Of a stretch of DNA of 19,628 bases, positions 1-6,923 are shown piece after piece. The DNA is from a virus. The stretch lies in UHGV virus genome UHGV-0278008. One strand, given 5' to 3'. A program made the translations under genes and the position numbers. The stretch's first letter is position 1. Every line of letters starts with the position of its first letter. Below the pieces are notes generated by a model. That model saw nothing but the letters and a program-made list of their open reading frames with translations, had not been told where the DNA came from and did no database searches.

Positions 1-171
1 ATACAGGTTCGTCAGATATGTCAGCAGCCCAAACAGCTGACTCCCCAGCACGCCTATTGCCGCCCACTGAGACGGGGAAACCCTGTCCAGCAACTGCAGG
101 AACCAGTAGCCCGTTCCCACCGCTGACGTGGTGTATGACACACCTGTTGTGATTTTTTCCATCTGGTACAT
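1..171 (-). CDS. Holin, phage 21 S / EssQ-like (class II), N-terminal 57 codons only; gene continues beyond window start
   Basis: ATG at 171..169 preceded by GGGAGG; translation [57 protein letters not shown] matches recalled S21-type holin N-terminus with TM segments; not in ORF track because no stop within window. Confidence 0.75.
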   Translation of the reverse strand, partial: MYQMEKITTGVSYTTSAVGTGYWFLQLLDRVSPSQWAAIGVLGSQLFGLLTYLTNLY

Positions 172-206
172 ACCCCGCCTCCCGCAATCCGGAAGCTCAC
201 AACAAT

Positions 207-236
207 AAAAAAGACCACCGGCACACACCGATGGTC
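207..236 (-). terminator. Intrinsic terminator between 81-aa gene and holin
   Basis: Minus-strand hairpin gaccatcgg/ccggtggtc (9 bp, one G-U) followed by T6. Confidence 0.55.
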
Positions 237-248
237 CCTGACGCATGC

Positions 249-494
249 TTACATCATCATGTCGCTGTCAGGTGTGGGGTCACCGCTATCTGAAGCACTC
301 CCCTCACCCGCGATACCTTCCGGCTCCGGAGCTGCCGGTGCGCCCAGCAGTTCATCCAGAATGGCATCCACTTCTGCATCAAGACGCGCTTCCAGGTTAT
401 GGCGAAGTTTCTGTTTCAGTGCGCTCAGGACTTCTTCAGAGCGCAGGACTTCCTTCACTGCTTCAGCAGTGACCAGGGATGTAATTTCTGACAT
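249..494 (-). CDS. Hypothetical small acidic protein (81 aa)
   Basis: ORF-track frame trimmed to internal ATG at 494..492 ([16 protein letters not shown]...); acidic, Pro-rich C-terminus; weak SD. Confidence 0.55.
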   Translation of the reverse strand: MSEITSLVTAEAVKEVLRSEEVLSALKQKLRHNLEARLDAEVDAILDELLGAPAAPEPEGIAGEGSASDSGDPTPDSDMMM

Positions 495-534
495 GGGATT
501 TTCTCGTCGAAAGATGTGATTAAGAAAGTTGCCG

Positions 535-714
535 CTAAATGAGCGGCTCTTCGGGTTTGCTTCCGGCTGACTGACTGGCGCTGATTTTCTCAGCGGCCCT
601 TTTGTCAATCTGTCTGCGCCAGAAGTCACGCATGGCCCGGTATCCGCCCGAAAGGAGATACAGCACACAGACCACCGTACAGAAGTACAGCATTAACTGG
701 TTCAGAAATGTCAT
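535..714 (-). CDS. Small membrane protein (59 aa), hypothetical; not in ORF track
   Basis: ATG at 714..712 with GGTGAG-like SD; MTFLNQLMLYFCTVVCVLYLLSGGYRAMRDFWRRQIDKRAAEKISASQSAGSKPEEPLI: one hydrophobic helix then basic/charged tail; TAG stop at 537..535. Confidence 0.4.
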   Translation of the reverse strand: MTFLNQLMLYFCTVVCVLYLLSGGYRAMRDFWRRQIDKRAAEKISASQSAGSKPEEPLI

Positions 715-799
715 GGTTTCTCACCGTGATAGTTGACATGATTTACTTATTTTTGTAGAAAATGTCGCAAACTTCGGTGTCATAATGGTCGTTTTACCA

Positions 800-862
800 G
801 CCGCCAGCATTCATGTAGTGAACACAGTTCATCCCTTTCCTTCATTGCTGGCGGCTTTTTTT
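800..862 (+). terminator. Plus-strand intrinsic-terminator-like hairpin with no plus-strand ORF upstream (possible sRNA 3' end)
   Basis: gccgccag (800-807) pairs with ctggcggc (848-855), then T7 (856-862). Confidence 0.4.
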
Positions 863-863
863 A

Positions 864-2801
864 TCATGCCGCGGCGTCCGCGTTATTCACTTCCACCGTA
901 ATGCTGTCTATCAGTACCGGGTAAGTCGCACCTTTGGTAATGTCTGTCACATGCAGTTTATCCGCCGCAAAGGCACTGACCGGTGACTGCGTCAGCGTGA
1001 ACGGTGTACCATCCTGACCATCAATAACCGGCGTCACCTGAAGGCTGTTATTCCCGGCAAAGCGGAAAGCCAGCGTATGCCATTCGTTATCAAATGCGCC
1101 AAAGCTTCCCAGTTTCAGGTTGTTTGTCGCCACTTTCGCATTGTGGTACATCACATTCAGGTCTTTTGCATCTGTCTGGATGTAGAACGCTGCCAGCAGG
1201 TTATTCCCCCCGTCTCCGGTCAGGGCAACGCCCTGTGGCAGTGAAGATACCGGCCAGTAAAACGCCATAACATACTGGTTCGCAGCCAGCGCTCCCGAAG
1301 CCTTAAAGCGGCAGCGAATCTGCCCCCCTTTCTGTAACAGAGCCGCACCGTTGCCTGCAGCGTACTCCAGCACCCAGCTGCTTTTACCGGCTTCCTTGGT
1401 CACCTTCACAGCCTTACCTCCGGTTCCCTCCGCATCGCTGACCACTTCTGCCCTGCCGCCACTGGCTGACCATCCCTGTACTTTCAGGCTTCCCTCTGAC
1501 TCGCTGGCAAGGTAAGAGAGCAGTGTTGTGACGCCTGTGACTTCTGCACCGGAAGGCGATGACGGACGCACCTCTGATACTGTCGATGATGCCCCCGCGT
1601 TTAGCGCCACTCTTCCCGCATGGCGCAGAATCGCCGTTGCCAGACGGTCGGAAATAATCCCCCGGCGTGCCCAGGTGCTGAAATGGCTCGCCCTGTCCTG
1701 TGACGTCCAGGTGGCTGAGCTGTCACGCCATTTCGAACCGTAATACCCGATACCCGGAATGTCCGGGTCTTCTTCCGGTTTGTTCGTCGGCACATTCACC
1801 CCGTTCTCATCCGTCATGAACGGTACGAAATGGATATTCTTTTCCGTTTTGTTTTTATAGCTGCCGTACACCGTCTGGTACGTGGATTCGTTCTTCTGCT
1901 TCCAGAAATACGTCGCGTCCCCGCATATCCAGGGAACACCACCAGCAGAGCCACCGACGCACTGGCCTGCCATATCCGCCAGGTCTGCACGGAATTTATC
2001 AACCAGCGCACCAAACTGTGCTGCGTGATTTCCGGGCGTGCCGTCAAAATCAAATTCCCCCTGCATCCACACCACGGCAAACAGCACATTTTTCGGGTTC
2101 CTCTTCAGTGCTGCTTTTGTTCGACCGATAAGGTCCTTATACAGCGGCTTGTCCACACCCCAGCGCGCTGAATTCTCCGAGGCACCGCCAGCGTCACTGT
2201 ATGTGCCATCAGCTCCGGTGGTGAACGCGGAACCACCACGACAGCACGGAACCAGCAGAATACCCGCATTCGCCGGTATAAACGGCAGCAGTTTTTTGGC
2301 GATATGCAGCCCCTGCCCCACGGTTCCGTACTGCCCCTTTGACAGGTCCGCTTTCGGATGGTTAAGACGGCTCATGTCCTGCACATCATGCAGACAATGG
2401 TCCGCCGGAATGATGTCGTTATATTTACAGGCGACACCGCCCGGTGTCACCGTACTGCGGCGCGCCAACTGCTTAATACGCGGGTCCGGACGGTCATATG
2501 TCTCCGGCAGCGGAAGACCTTCACCATACGACATGCCATTTGACTGCCCTGCCAGAACCACAACAAAGTAATACTCCGGGTCGCTGGTGGCACTGACAGC
2601 CACCGCCTTACCCTCATTACCGGTCACCGCCACTGGTGTGGTGACATCACCTTCCGCCGCAATGGCCTGCATCAGGGTATAAGGCGTGATGGCCACCGGA
2701 CTGCCAAATGGCTGCCAGCCCTCCTTCAGTTTTTGTGTCAGTCGTTCAGCAAGGTCTGACGGCGATGCCGCCCTGACCACATCGTAGTGTTTAAATGTCA
2801 T
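864..2801 (-). CDS. nanS-p: Prophage sialate O-acetylesterase NanS-p type (N-terminal DUF1737-like region plus SGNH/SASA esterase), 645 aa
   Basis: ATG with GGAGG SD; N-terminus MTFKHYDVVRAASPSDLAERL... and GQSN esterase motif (VVLAGQSNGMSYGEG); size and position (downstream of the stx slot, upstream of S) as in Stx-phage nanS-p, from memory. Confidence 0.8.
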   Translation of the reverse strand: MTFKHYDVVRAASPSDLAERLTQKLKEGWQPFGSPVAITPYTLMQAIAAEGDVTTPVAVTGNEGKAVAVSATSDPEYYFVVVLAGQSNGMSYGEGLPLPETYDRPDPRIKQLARRSTVTPGGVACKYNDIIPADHCLHDVQDMSRLNHPKADLSKGQYGTVGQGLHIAKKLLPFIPANAGILLVPCCRGGSAFTTGADGTYSDAGGASENSARWGVDKPLYKDLIGRTKAALKRNPKNVLFAVVWMQGEFDFDGTPGNHAAQFGALVDKFRADLADMAGQCVGGSAGGVPWICGDATYFWKQKNESTYQTVYGSYKNKTEKNIHFVPFMTDENGVNVPTNKPEEDPDIPGIGYYGSKWRDSSATWTSQDRASHFSTWARRGIISDRLATAILRHAGRVALNAGASSTVSEVRPSSPSGAEVTGVTTLLSYLASESEGSLKVQGWSASGGRAEVVSDAEGTGGKAVKVTKEAGKSSWVLEYAAGNGAALLQKGGQIRCRFKASGALAANQYVMAFYWPVSSLPQGVALTGDGGNNLLAAFYIQTDAKDLNVMYHNAKVATNNLKLGSFGAFDNEWHTLAFRFAGNNSLQVTPVIDGQDGTPFTLTQSPVSAFAADKLHVTDITKGATYPVLIDSITVEVNNADAAA

Positions 2802-2995
2802 GAATCCTCCCGGCCGGGATAGTGTACTGAATCAGATAAAGAGCGGGCTGAAGTCCGGAAGTTACAGGACAATGGCAGAAGGGAGACTGACAGCCCGCAA
2901 TTCGAAAAAGGCCGCGCAGTTGCGCAGAGTGATTACCATGGGGTATTATTCGCCAGCTGAAATATTACTTCACGTTTTGTTGTTTATTCCTTGCC

Positions 2996-3024
2996 GCCCG
3001 CGTCTCCCAGCGCGGGCTTTTTTT
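2996..3024 (+). terminator. Intrinsic terminator, plus strand
   Basis: gcccgcg/cgcgggc stem followed by T7. Confidence 0.5.
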
Positions 3025-3030
3025 GCCCAT

Positions 3031-3055
3031 AAAAAAAGCCCCTCCGGAGAGGGGC
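3031..3055 (-). terminator. Intrinsic terminator, minus strand (end of TerB-like transcription unit)
   Basis: gcccctc/gaggggc stem with 4-nt loop; A7 on plus strand = U-run on minus. Confidence 0.5.
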
Positions 3056-3305
3056 TGACGCTGCGTATCTGTATCATCATGCGCATGGTGCCGGGTGCCT
3101 CCCGGTGAGTTCAGTCCGGTGTCCCTGAACCCGCGTATCTCGATCCAGGTTGTCGTCAGAGATGACACCTTATACACCAGTCGCCCCTCCGCACAGGGGG
3201 ATTCACCATGCGAAATTTTTTTAACAAATGCTCAGTCTGACAGGCAACTGTCAACTGACTGAATTGTGAGACATTTAAAATTTTCGGGGCATGACTGATA
3301 CCCGG

Positions 3306-3470
3306 CTAACTACCTGGCATGTCCTTTTTAACCAAAGGAAAAAGCACCACCACAATGCCGACCACCAGCACTCCATCCGCCAGCACCGACATGATCCTGC
3401 TGGTGAAATCCACCATCACCACCAGAAACAGCAGGAGTGCCACAGCGGCCAGACGCAGTTTTACCGTCAC
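3306..3470 (-). CDS. Small hydrophobic protein (about 54 aa from GTG, or 36 aa from internal ATG), hypothetical; not in ORF track
   Basis: GTG at 3470..3468 overlaps the TerB-like stop (GTGA); translation VTVKLRLAAVALLLFLVVMVDFTSRIMSVLADGVLVVGIVVVLFPLVKKDMPGS has two hydrophobic stretches. Confidence 0.3.
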   Translation of the reverse strand: MTVKLRLAAVALLLFLVVMVDFTSRIMSVLADGVLVVGIVVVLFPLVKKDMPGS

Positions 3471-3898
3471 AGGTGGTTCTCCAGTCGCAGGCCAAGAACA
3501 CCAGCAATCTCTTCCAGAACCTTACGCTCTTCCGGCTCAATTTCACCATCTGCTTCAGCAATGGCCACCGCCACATCCAGCACATCTTCCGCTTCACGCG
3601 TATCGTGTTTCACATCTTCAATTTCACGCAACGCCGATCGACGACCAATTTTAAAGTTGGTGTCAAGCTGACCTGTGATCGTGGCACTGATGGCATTAAT
3701 TTCTGACGTAAACGCGGACAACGCAGGCTGGTTACGCAAGACCTGCTCGATCTTCGCTTTCTCTGAAGCCTCACATTCACCATCTGCATAGGCTACCAGG
3801 TAGGCAGCATTAATAACCGCCTGTGCCAGATCGCGTTTCTCAAACTTTTTAATTTCCGCTGCCGCTCTGCGGGTTTTCTTTTTGAAAATACCAAACAT
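3467..3898 (-). CDS. TerB-like (tellurite-resistance TerB family) protein, 143 aa
   Basis: ATG at 3898..3896 with AAAGGAA SD; MFGIFKKKTRRAAAEIKKFEKRDLAQAVINAAYLVAYADGECEASEKAKIEQVL...EADGEIEPEERKVLEEIAGVLGL resembles TerB helical fold with ADGE repeats (recalled family features). Confidence 0.65.
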   Translation of the reverse strand: MFGIFKKKTRRAAAEIKKFEKRDLAQAVINAAYLVAYADGECEASEKAKIEQVLRNQPALSAFTSEINAISATITGQLDTNFKIGRRSALREIEDVKHDTREAEDVLDVAVAIAEADGEIEPEERKVLEEIAGVLGLRLENHL

Positions 3899-4030
3899 CG
3901 TGACGTTCCTTTGGGTGGGTGAGCCAACGCCCGGGAGCGATCTGCCCACAGAGAAAGTCACACTGACCACTCCGTAAGCTCACCCCCGAAAGGCTCTGTG
4001 GTTGATATGCGCCGGGCGTGGCGCGGATAC

Positions 4031-4054
4031 AAAAAAGGCCCGCAAAAGCGAGCC
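4031..4054 (-). terminator. Intrinsic terminator after tRNA cluster
   Basis: Minus-strand ggctcgc-tttt-gcgggcc hairpin followed by T6. Confidence 0.55.
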
Positions 4055-4068
4055 TGGTAAATAAATAT

Positions 4069-4145
4069 GGCGCGTTGTACTGGATTCGAACCAGTGACCG
4101 ATTGCTTAGAAGGCAATTGCTCTGTCCGGCTGAGCTAACAACGCA
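4069..4145 (-). tRNA. tRNA-Arg, anticodon UCU, CCA encoded
   Basis: Hand-folded cloverleaf: acceptor gcgttgt/acaacgc, D-arm gctc/gagc, anticodon loop cttCTaa, T-loop ttcgaat. Confidence 0.8.
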
Positions 4146-4158
4146 GTGTACCGATAAT

Positions 4159-4235
4159 GGACCGCCATCGAGGACTCGAACCCCGCGCAACCAGCTTCGA
4201 AGGCTGGCGCTCTGTCCCGATGAGCTAATGGCGGT
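4159..4235 (-). tRNA. tRNA-Arg, anticodon UCG, CCA encoded
   Basis: Acceptor ccgccat/atggcgg, anticodon loop ctTCGaa, T-arm cgggg-ttcgagt-cctcg. Confidence 0.75.
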
Positions 4236-4244
4236 ATGTGATAT

Positions 4245-4320
4245 GGTGGCCCTTGCTGGATTTGAACCAGCGACCTGGCGATTATGAGTCGCTCGCTCTC
4301 ACCACTGAGCTAAAGGGCCG
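4245..4320 (-). tRNA. tRNA with anticodon CAU (Ile2-type or Met), CCA encoded
   Basis: Acceptor ggccctt/aagggcc, D-arm gctc-agtggtga-gagc, anticodon loop ctCATaa, T-loop GGTTCAAATCC; same order as ileZ-argN-argO of Stx phages. Confidence 0.8.
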
Positions 4321-4359
4321 GGCGCAGGATAATAACGGTACGTAACTAATCCTGCAATA

Positions 4360-5418
4360 TCATCCGTTCTTACTGACTAAATCCTGAACTTCCCTGACCG
4401 TCTGCTCAAAACGTTCAGTCTCCAGCTCAACGCCAGTTGCACGACGTCCCAGCGCCATCGCTGCTTTGACTGTCGAACCCGACCCCATGAAAAAATCTGC
4501 AACCAGGTCACCCGGACGACTGCTCGCGCTGATTATCTGCTGCAGCATTTCTGCTGGTTTTTCGCACGGATGTTTCCCGGGATAGTACTGCACCGGTTTA
4601 TGCGTCCACACATCGGTGTACGGCACCTGCGCCGTCACGCCAAAATACCGCCGCAGATACTTATATTCACTCTGCAGTTCCGCATACTGCCGGTTCAGTT
4701 CACTGTATGTGCTGACCAGTTGGTGATGTGGCTTTTCCAGTTCTCCGCGCTGATGCTTCTCTTCTGCCACCCGGGCAAACAGCGCCTGTAATTTCAGATA
4801 ATCGCTTTCGTCCGGTAGCTGCCACTGGCTGGCACTGAACCAGTGCGACACCATGTTTTTCTTTCCTGTGGCATCAGCAATCTGTTTTGCCGTTATCCCC
4901 AGGGCAGCACGTGCATCACGAAAGTAAGAAATCAGCGGGGCCATCACATGCTGTTTCAGTGCCCTGCCCTTCGCCTCATACCCGGCATCTTTCGGGCGAT
5001 ACGGCCCCTGATAATGTTCCGCGAACAGAATGCGCTCTGTGGCGGGGAAATACGCCCGCAGGCTTTCCTTGTTGCACCCGTTCCAGCGTCCGGACGGCTT
5101 CGCCCAGATAATATGGTTCAGCACACTGAAGCGTTCACGCATCATGATTTCAATGTCAGACGCCAGGCGATGACCACAGAACAGGTAAAGACTTCCGGCA
5201 GGTTTCAGCACCCGCCAGAACTGCGCAAGACACTGGTCCAGCCATTTCAGGTAATCCTCATCCCCCGTCCACTGGTTATCCCAGCCCTCGGGCTTCACTT
5301 TAAAGTATGGCGGGTCTGTGACTATCAGATCGACAGAGTTTTCCGGTAAGGTCTGGATAAATTCCAGGCAATCAGCGTTGATTAGCTCACAACTGGATAT
5401 TTTTACAGTATTAGCCAT
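4360..5418 (-). CDS. DNA methyltransferase, beta-class (N6-adenine or N4-cytosine), orphan; 352 aa
   Basis: Motif IV DPPY near N-terminus (LIVTDPPYF) and motif I FxGxGST near C-terminus (DFFMGSGSTV); no adjacent restriction endonuclease. Confidence 0.85.
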   Translation of the reverse strand: MANTVKISSCELINADCLEFIQTLPENSVDLIVTDPPYFKVKPEGWDNQWTGDEDYLKWLDQCLAQFWRVLKPAGSLYLFCGHRLASDIEIMMRERFSVLNHIIWAKPSGRWNGCNKESLRAYFPATERILFAEHYQGPYRPKDAGYEAKGRALKQHVMAPLISYFRDARAALGITAKQIADATGKKNMVSHWFSASQWQLPDESDYLKLQALFARVAEEKHQRGELEKPHHQLVSTYSELNRQYAELQSEYKYLRRYFGVTAQVPYTDVWTHKPVQYYPGKHPCEKPAEMLQQIISASSRPGDLVADFFMGSGSTVKAAMALGRRATGVELETERFEQTVREVQDLVSKNG

Positions 5419-5558
5419 AGATCAATAAGCACTTCTCTGATAGGCTCATTCTGCTTTTGCGCAAAGCAGTGGGCCTGAGGTTTGCTTGTGATCCGGACGC
5501 ATGAGCAGATGGCTGGTGAGTGCCCCTAACACCCACCAGCCGCCCATTTACCACAAAT

Positions 5559-5582
5559 AAAAAAGCCTTCAGGACTGAAGGC
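5559..5582 (-). terminator. Intrinsic terminator overlapping 3' end of the 65-aa gene
   Basis: Minus-strand gccttca/tgaaggc hairpin followed by a U-rich run. Confidence 0.5.
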
Positions 5583-5766
5583 GTCTGTAACAACCGAACT
5601 GATAGTCTGCCAGACCCGCCATAACAAGCTGGGTCAGTATTAACTGACAGCGTTCGCGTGAAAGGTAAGTATTCTGTGCAATCTCCCCGACTGTCGCCGG
5701 TTCGGTGACGCTTAATTCATTAAACACCACTCTGGCGGTTTCTGTCATATCCTGCTGTTTCAGCAT
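5569..5766 (-). CDS. Small winged-helix-like protein (65 aa), hypothetical
   Basis: ATG at 5766..5764 with AAAGGGGAAAAG SD; the longer 106-aa ORF-track version would start with GTG directly after the tR' U-run and lacks an SD. Confidence 0.5.
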   Translation of the reverse strand: MLKQQDMTETARVVFNELSVTEPATVGEIAQNTYLSRERCQLILTQLVMAGLADYQFGCYRRLQS

Positions 5767-5889
5767 GTCTTTTCCCCTTTTCCGGTTAACGTGACACACC
5801 AATAACTCTTGTCGAAAAAGCCAGCAAGCTGAAAGAACGGTATTAATAACCACCAGCGAATTTATTGCGCTGCTGTATATTACGGACAC

Positions 5890-5910
5890 AAAAAAACCAC
5901 CTTCCGGTGG
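5890..5910 (-). terminator. tR'-like intrinsic terminator immediately downstream of the Q-like gene
   Basis: Minus-strand ccacc-ggaa-ggtgg hairpin followed by U7 (A-run 5890-5896 on plus). Confidence 0.65.
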
Positions 5911-5982
5911 CTTCCTTGTGCGAAAAAACTTGCGTTTCGCCTCGCGATACAGCCTTGCGAAGCTTATACGGATTGAAGCAGT
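5911..5982 (-). promoter_or_regulatory. Putative late promoter (pR'-like) and qut region between Q stop and tR'
   Basis: Position only; candidate TTGCAA -35 just after the Q stop; hexamers not securely assigned. Confidence 0.3.
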
Positions 5983-6555
5983 TTATTGATCAGTTTGCAA
6001 CATTTTTTTCTCTGTAACAAAAGCCATACGCATGGGGGCATGTAACATAAATTCAGATATCCCCAACCACTGATCAATTCGGCGTCTGCACGTAACCAAC
6101 GTCCACTCAGGATGATCTGCATTTAACCTTTCGGCCATTTTCAGTTTGCTCATTCCCCGTCCTTCGTACCTTTGCCGGAGAATATTGATTAGTCCGGGAT
6201 ATTCCCCAAGCACCTCACTGATAACGCGATCAATAATCAACGCCTCTGTGTCTGTACAATGTGACAACCAGCTCTTCTGCTTCCCTCTGGTCATATCCCG
6301 AAAAAATGCCTCAAGTTCCGGTTTATCCAGCCCGGATTTCTTCATTCTGCGTAAAACTTCATTAACTGCTGTTTTCGTCAGCTTTTTCGAAACCAGTAAC
6401 CGGTTAAACATATTTCCGGATTTACCCCCACCTATATACGACCACCGCCCCCACATCCGTAATTTCCCCTGGATCCAGACTGCTTCCAGCGTGTTCAGGC
6501 GTAAATGTTCGCCGCTTTTGCCTGTAATTTCCGGATATATCATATTTACGCTCAC
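5983..6555 (-). CDS. Putative late-gene antiterminator Q-like protein (190 aa)
   Basis: Immediately downstream of rusA with ATGA overlap and followed by promoter/terminator then late genes; W-G-R-W motif; family assignment from position and recall. Confidence 0.5.
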   Translation of the reverse strand: MSVNMIYPEITGKSGEHLRLNTLEAVWIQGKLRMWGRWSYIGGGKSGNMFNRLLVSKKLTKTAVNEVLRRMKKSGLDKPELEAFFRDMTRGKQKSWLSHCTDTEALIIDRVISEVLGEYPGLINILRQRYEGRGMSKLKMAERLNADHPEWTLVTCRRRIDQWLGISEFMLHAPMRMAFVTEKKMLQTDQ

Positions 6556-6911
6556 TCACTCTCAATTTTGTAAATCTTCACACCCAGCCGACCACCAGGA
6601 ACAAGCTGACCACGTACAATATTGATTTCATCAAACTGCTCGTCATCAATAAGCACTCCCGCATGCGTCAGCGCATCCAGCGGCGCTTTCAGAATATTGT
6701 CCAGGTCACGGCGGCGCTTATCCGGTGGTTCTGCAATAATTTTTATTGCCAGCCGTCCGGACAGGCTTAATTTCAGCCGCTGCTGGCGAACAATAAGCGC
6801 CACTGCCCGGCGATAACGCTCCCCGGCTTTTGAGACAAAATATGTGCTGCCACGACGACGCCAGTAAGTGTTCACCGTCGGCGGGTAAGGTAAAACCAAA
6901 TCTATGAGCAT
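6552..6911 (-). CDS. rusA: Holliday junction resolvase RusA
   Basis: 119 aa; MLIDLVLPYPPTVNTYW...PPDKRRRDLDNILKAPLDALTHAGVLIDDEQ matches RusA catalytic region (PD..RRRDLDN, DDxQ). Confidence 0.85.
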   Translation of the reverse strand: MLIDLVLPYPPTVNTYWRRRGSTYFVSKAGERYRRAVALIVRQQRLKLSLSGRLAIKIIAEPPDKRRRDLDNILKAPLDALTHAGVLIDDEQFDEINIVRGQLVPGGRLGVKIYKIESE

Positions 6912-6923
6912 CAGTCACCTCTT

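Noticed and set aside
1528-2571. Several ORFs antisense or out of frame within nanS-p (e.g. 2038..2571, 1830..2171)
   Set aside because: Fully embedded in a well-supported 645-aa gene and Cys/Arg-rich, as expected of out-of-frame translations.
2800-3108. 102-aa plus-strand ORF spanning the nanS-p upstream region
   Set aside because: It runs straight through two intrinsic terminator hairpins and has no SD; the region reads as intergenic/regulatory.
2802-3305. Possibility that stxA/stxB are present in the slot between the tRNAs and nanS-p
   Set aside because: No ORF of StxA (about 319 aa) or StxB (about 89 aa) size exists; the slot holds only terminators and the TerB-like cassette.
3291-3706. 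Plus-strand His/Thr-rich ORFs (3291..3671, 3319..3654, 3437..3706) and minus 3328..3597
   Set aside because: Overlap the TerB-like gene and small membrane ORF in other frames; low-complexity artefacts.
4570-5349. Plus-strand ORFs antisense to the methyltransferase (4843..5349, 4887..5111)
   Set aside because: Overlap a gene with clear catalytic motifs on the other strand; no SD.
5767-5889. 106-aa version of the small wHTH gene
   Set aside because: It would start with GTG immediately after the tR' U-run with no SD; the internal ATG at 5766 has a strong SD.
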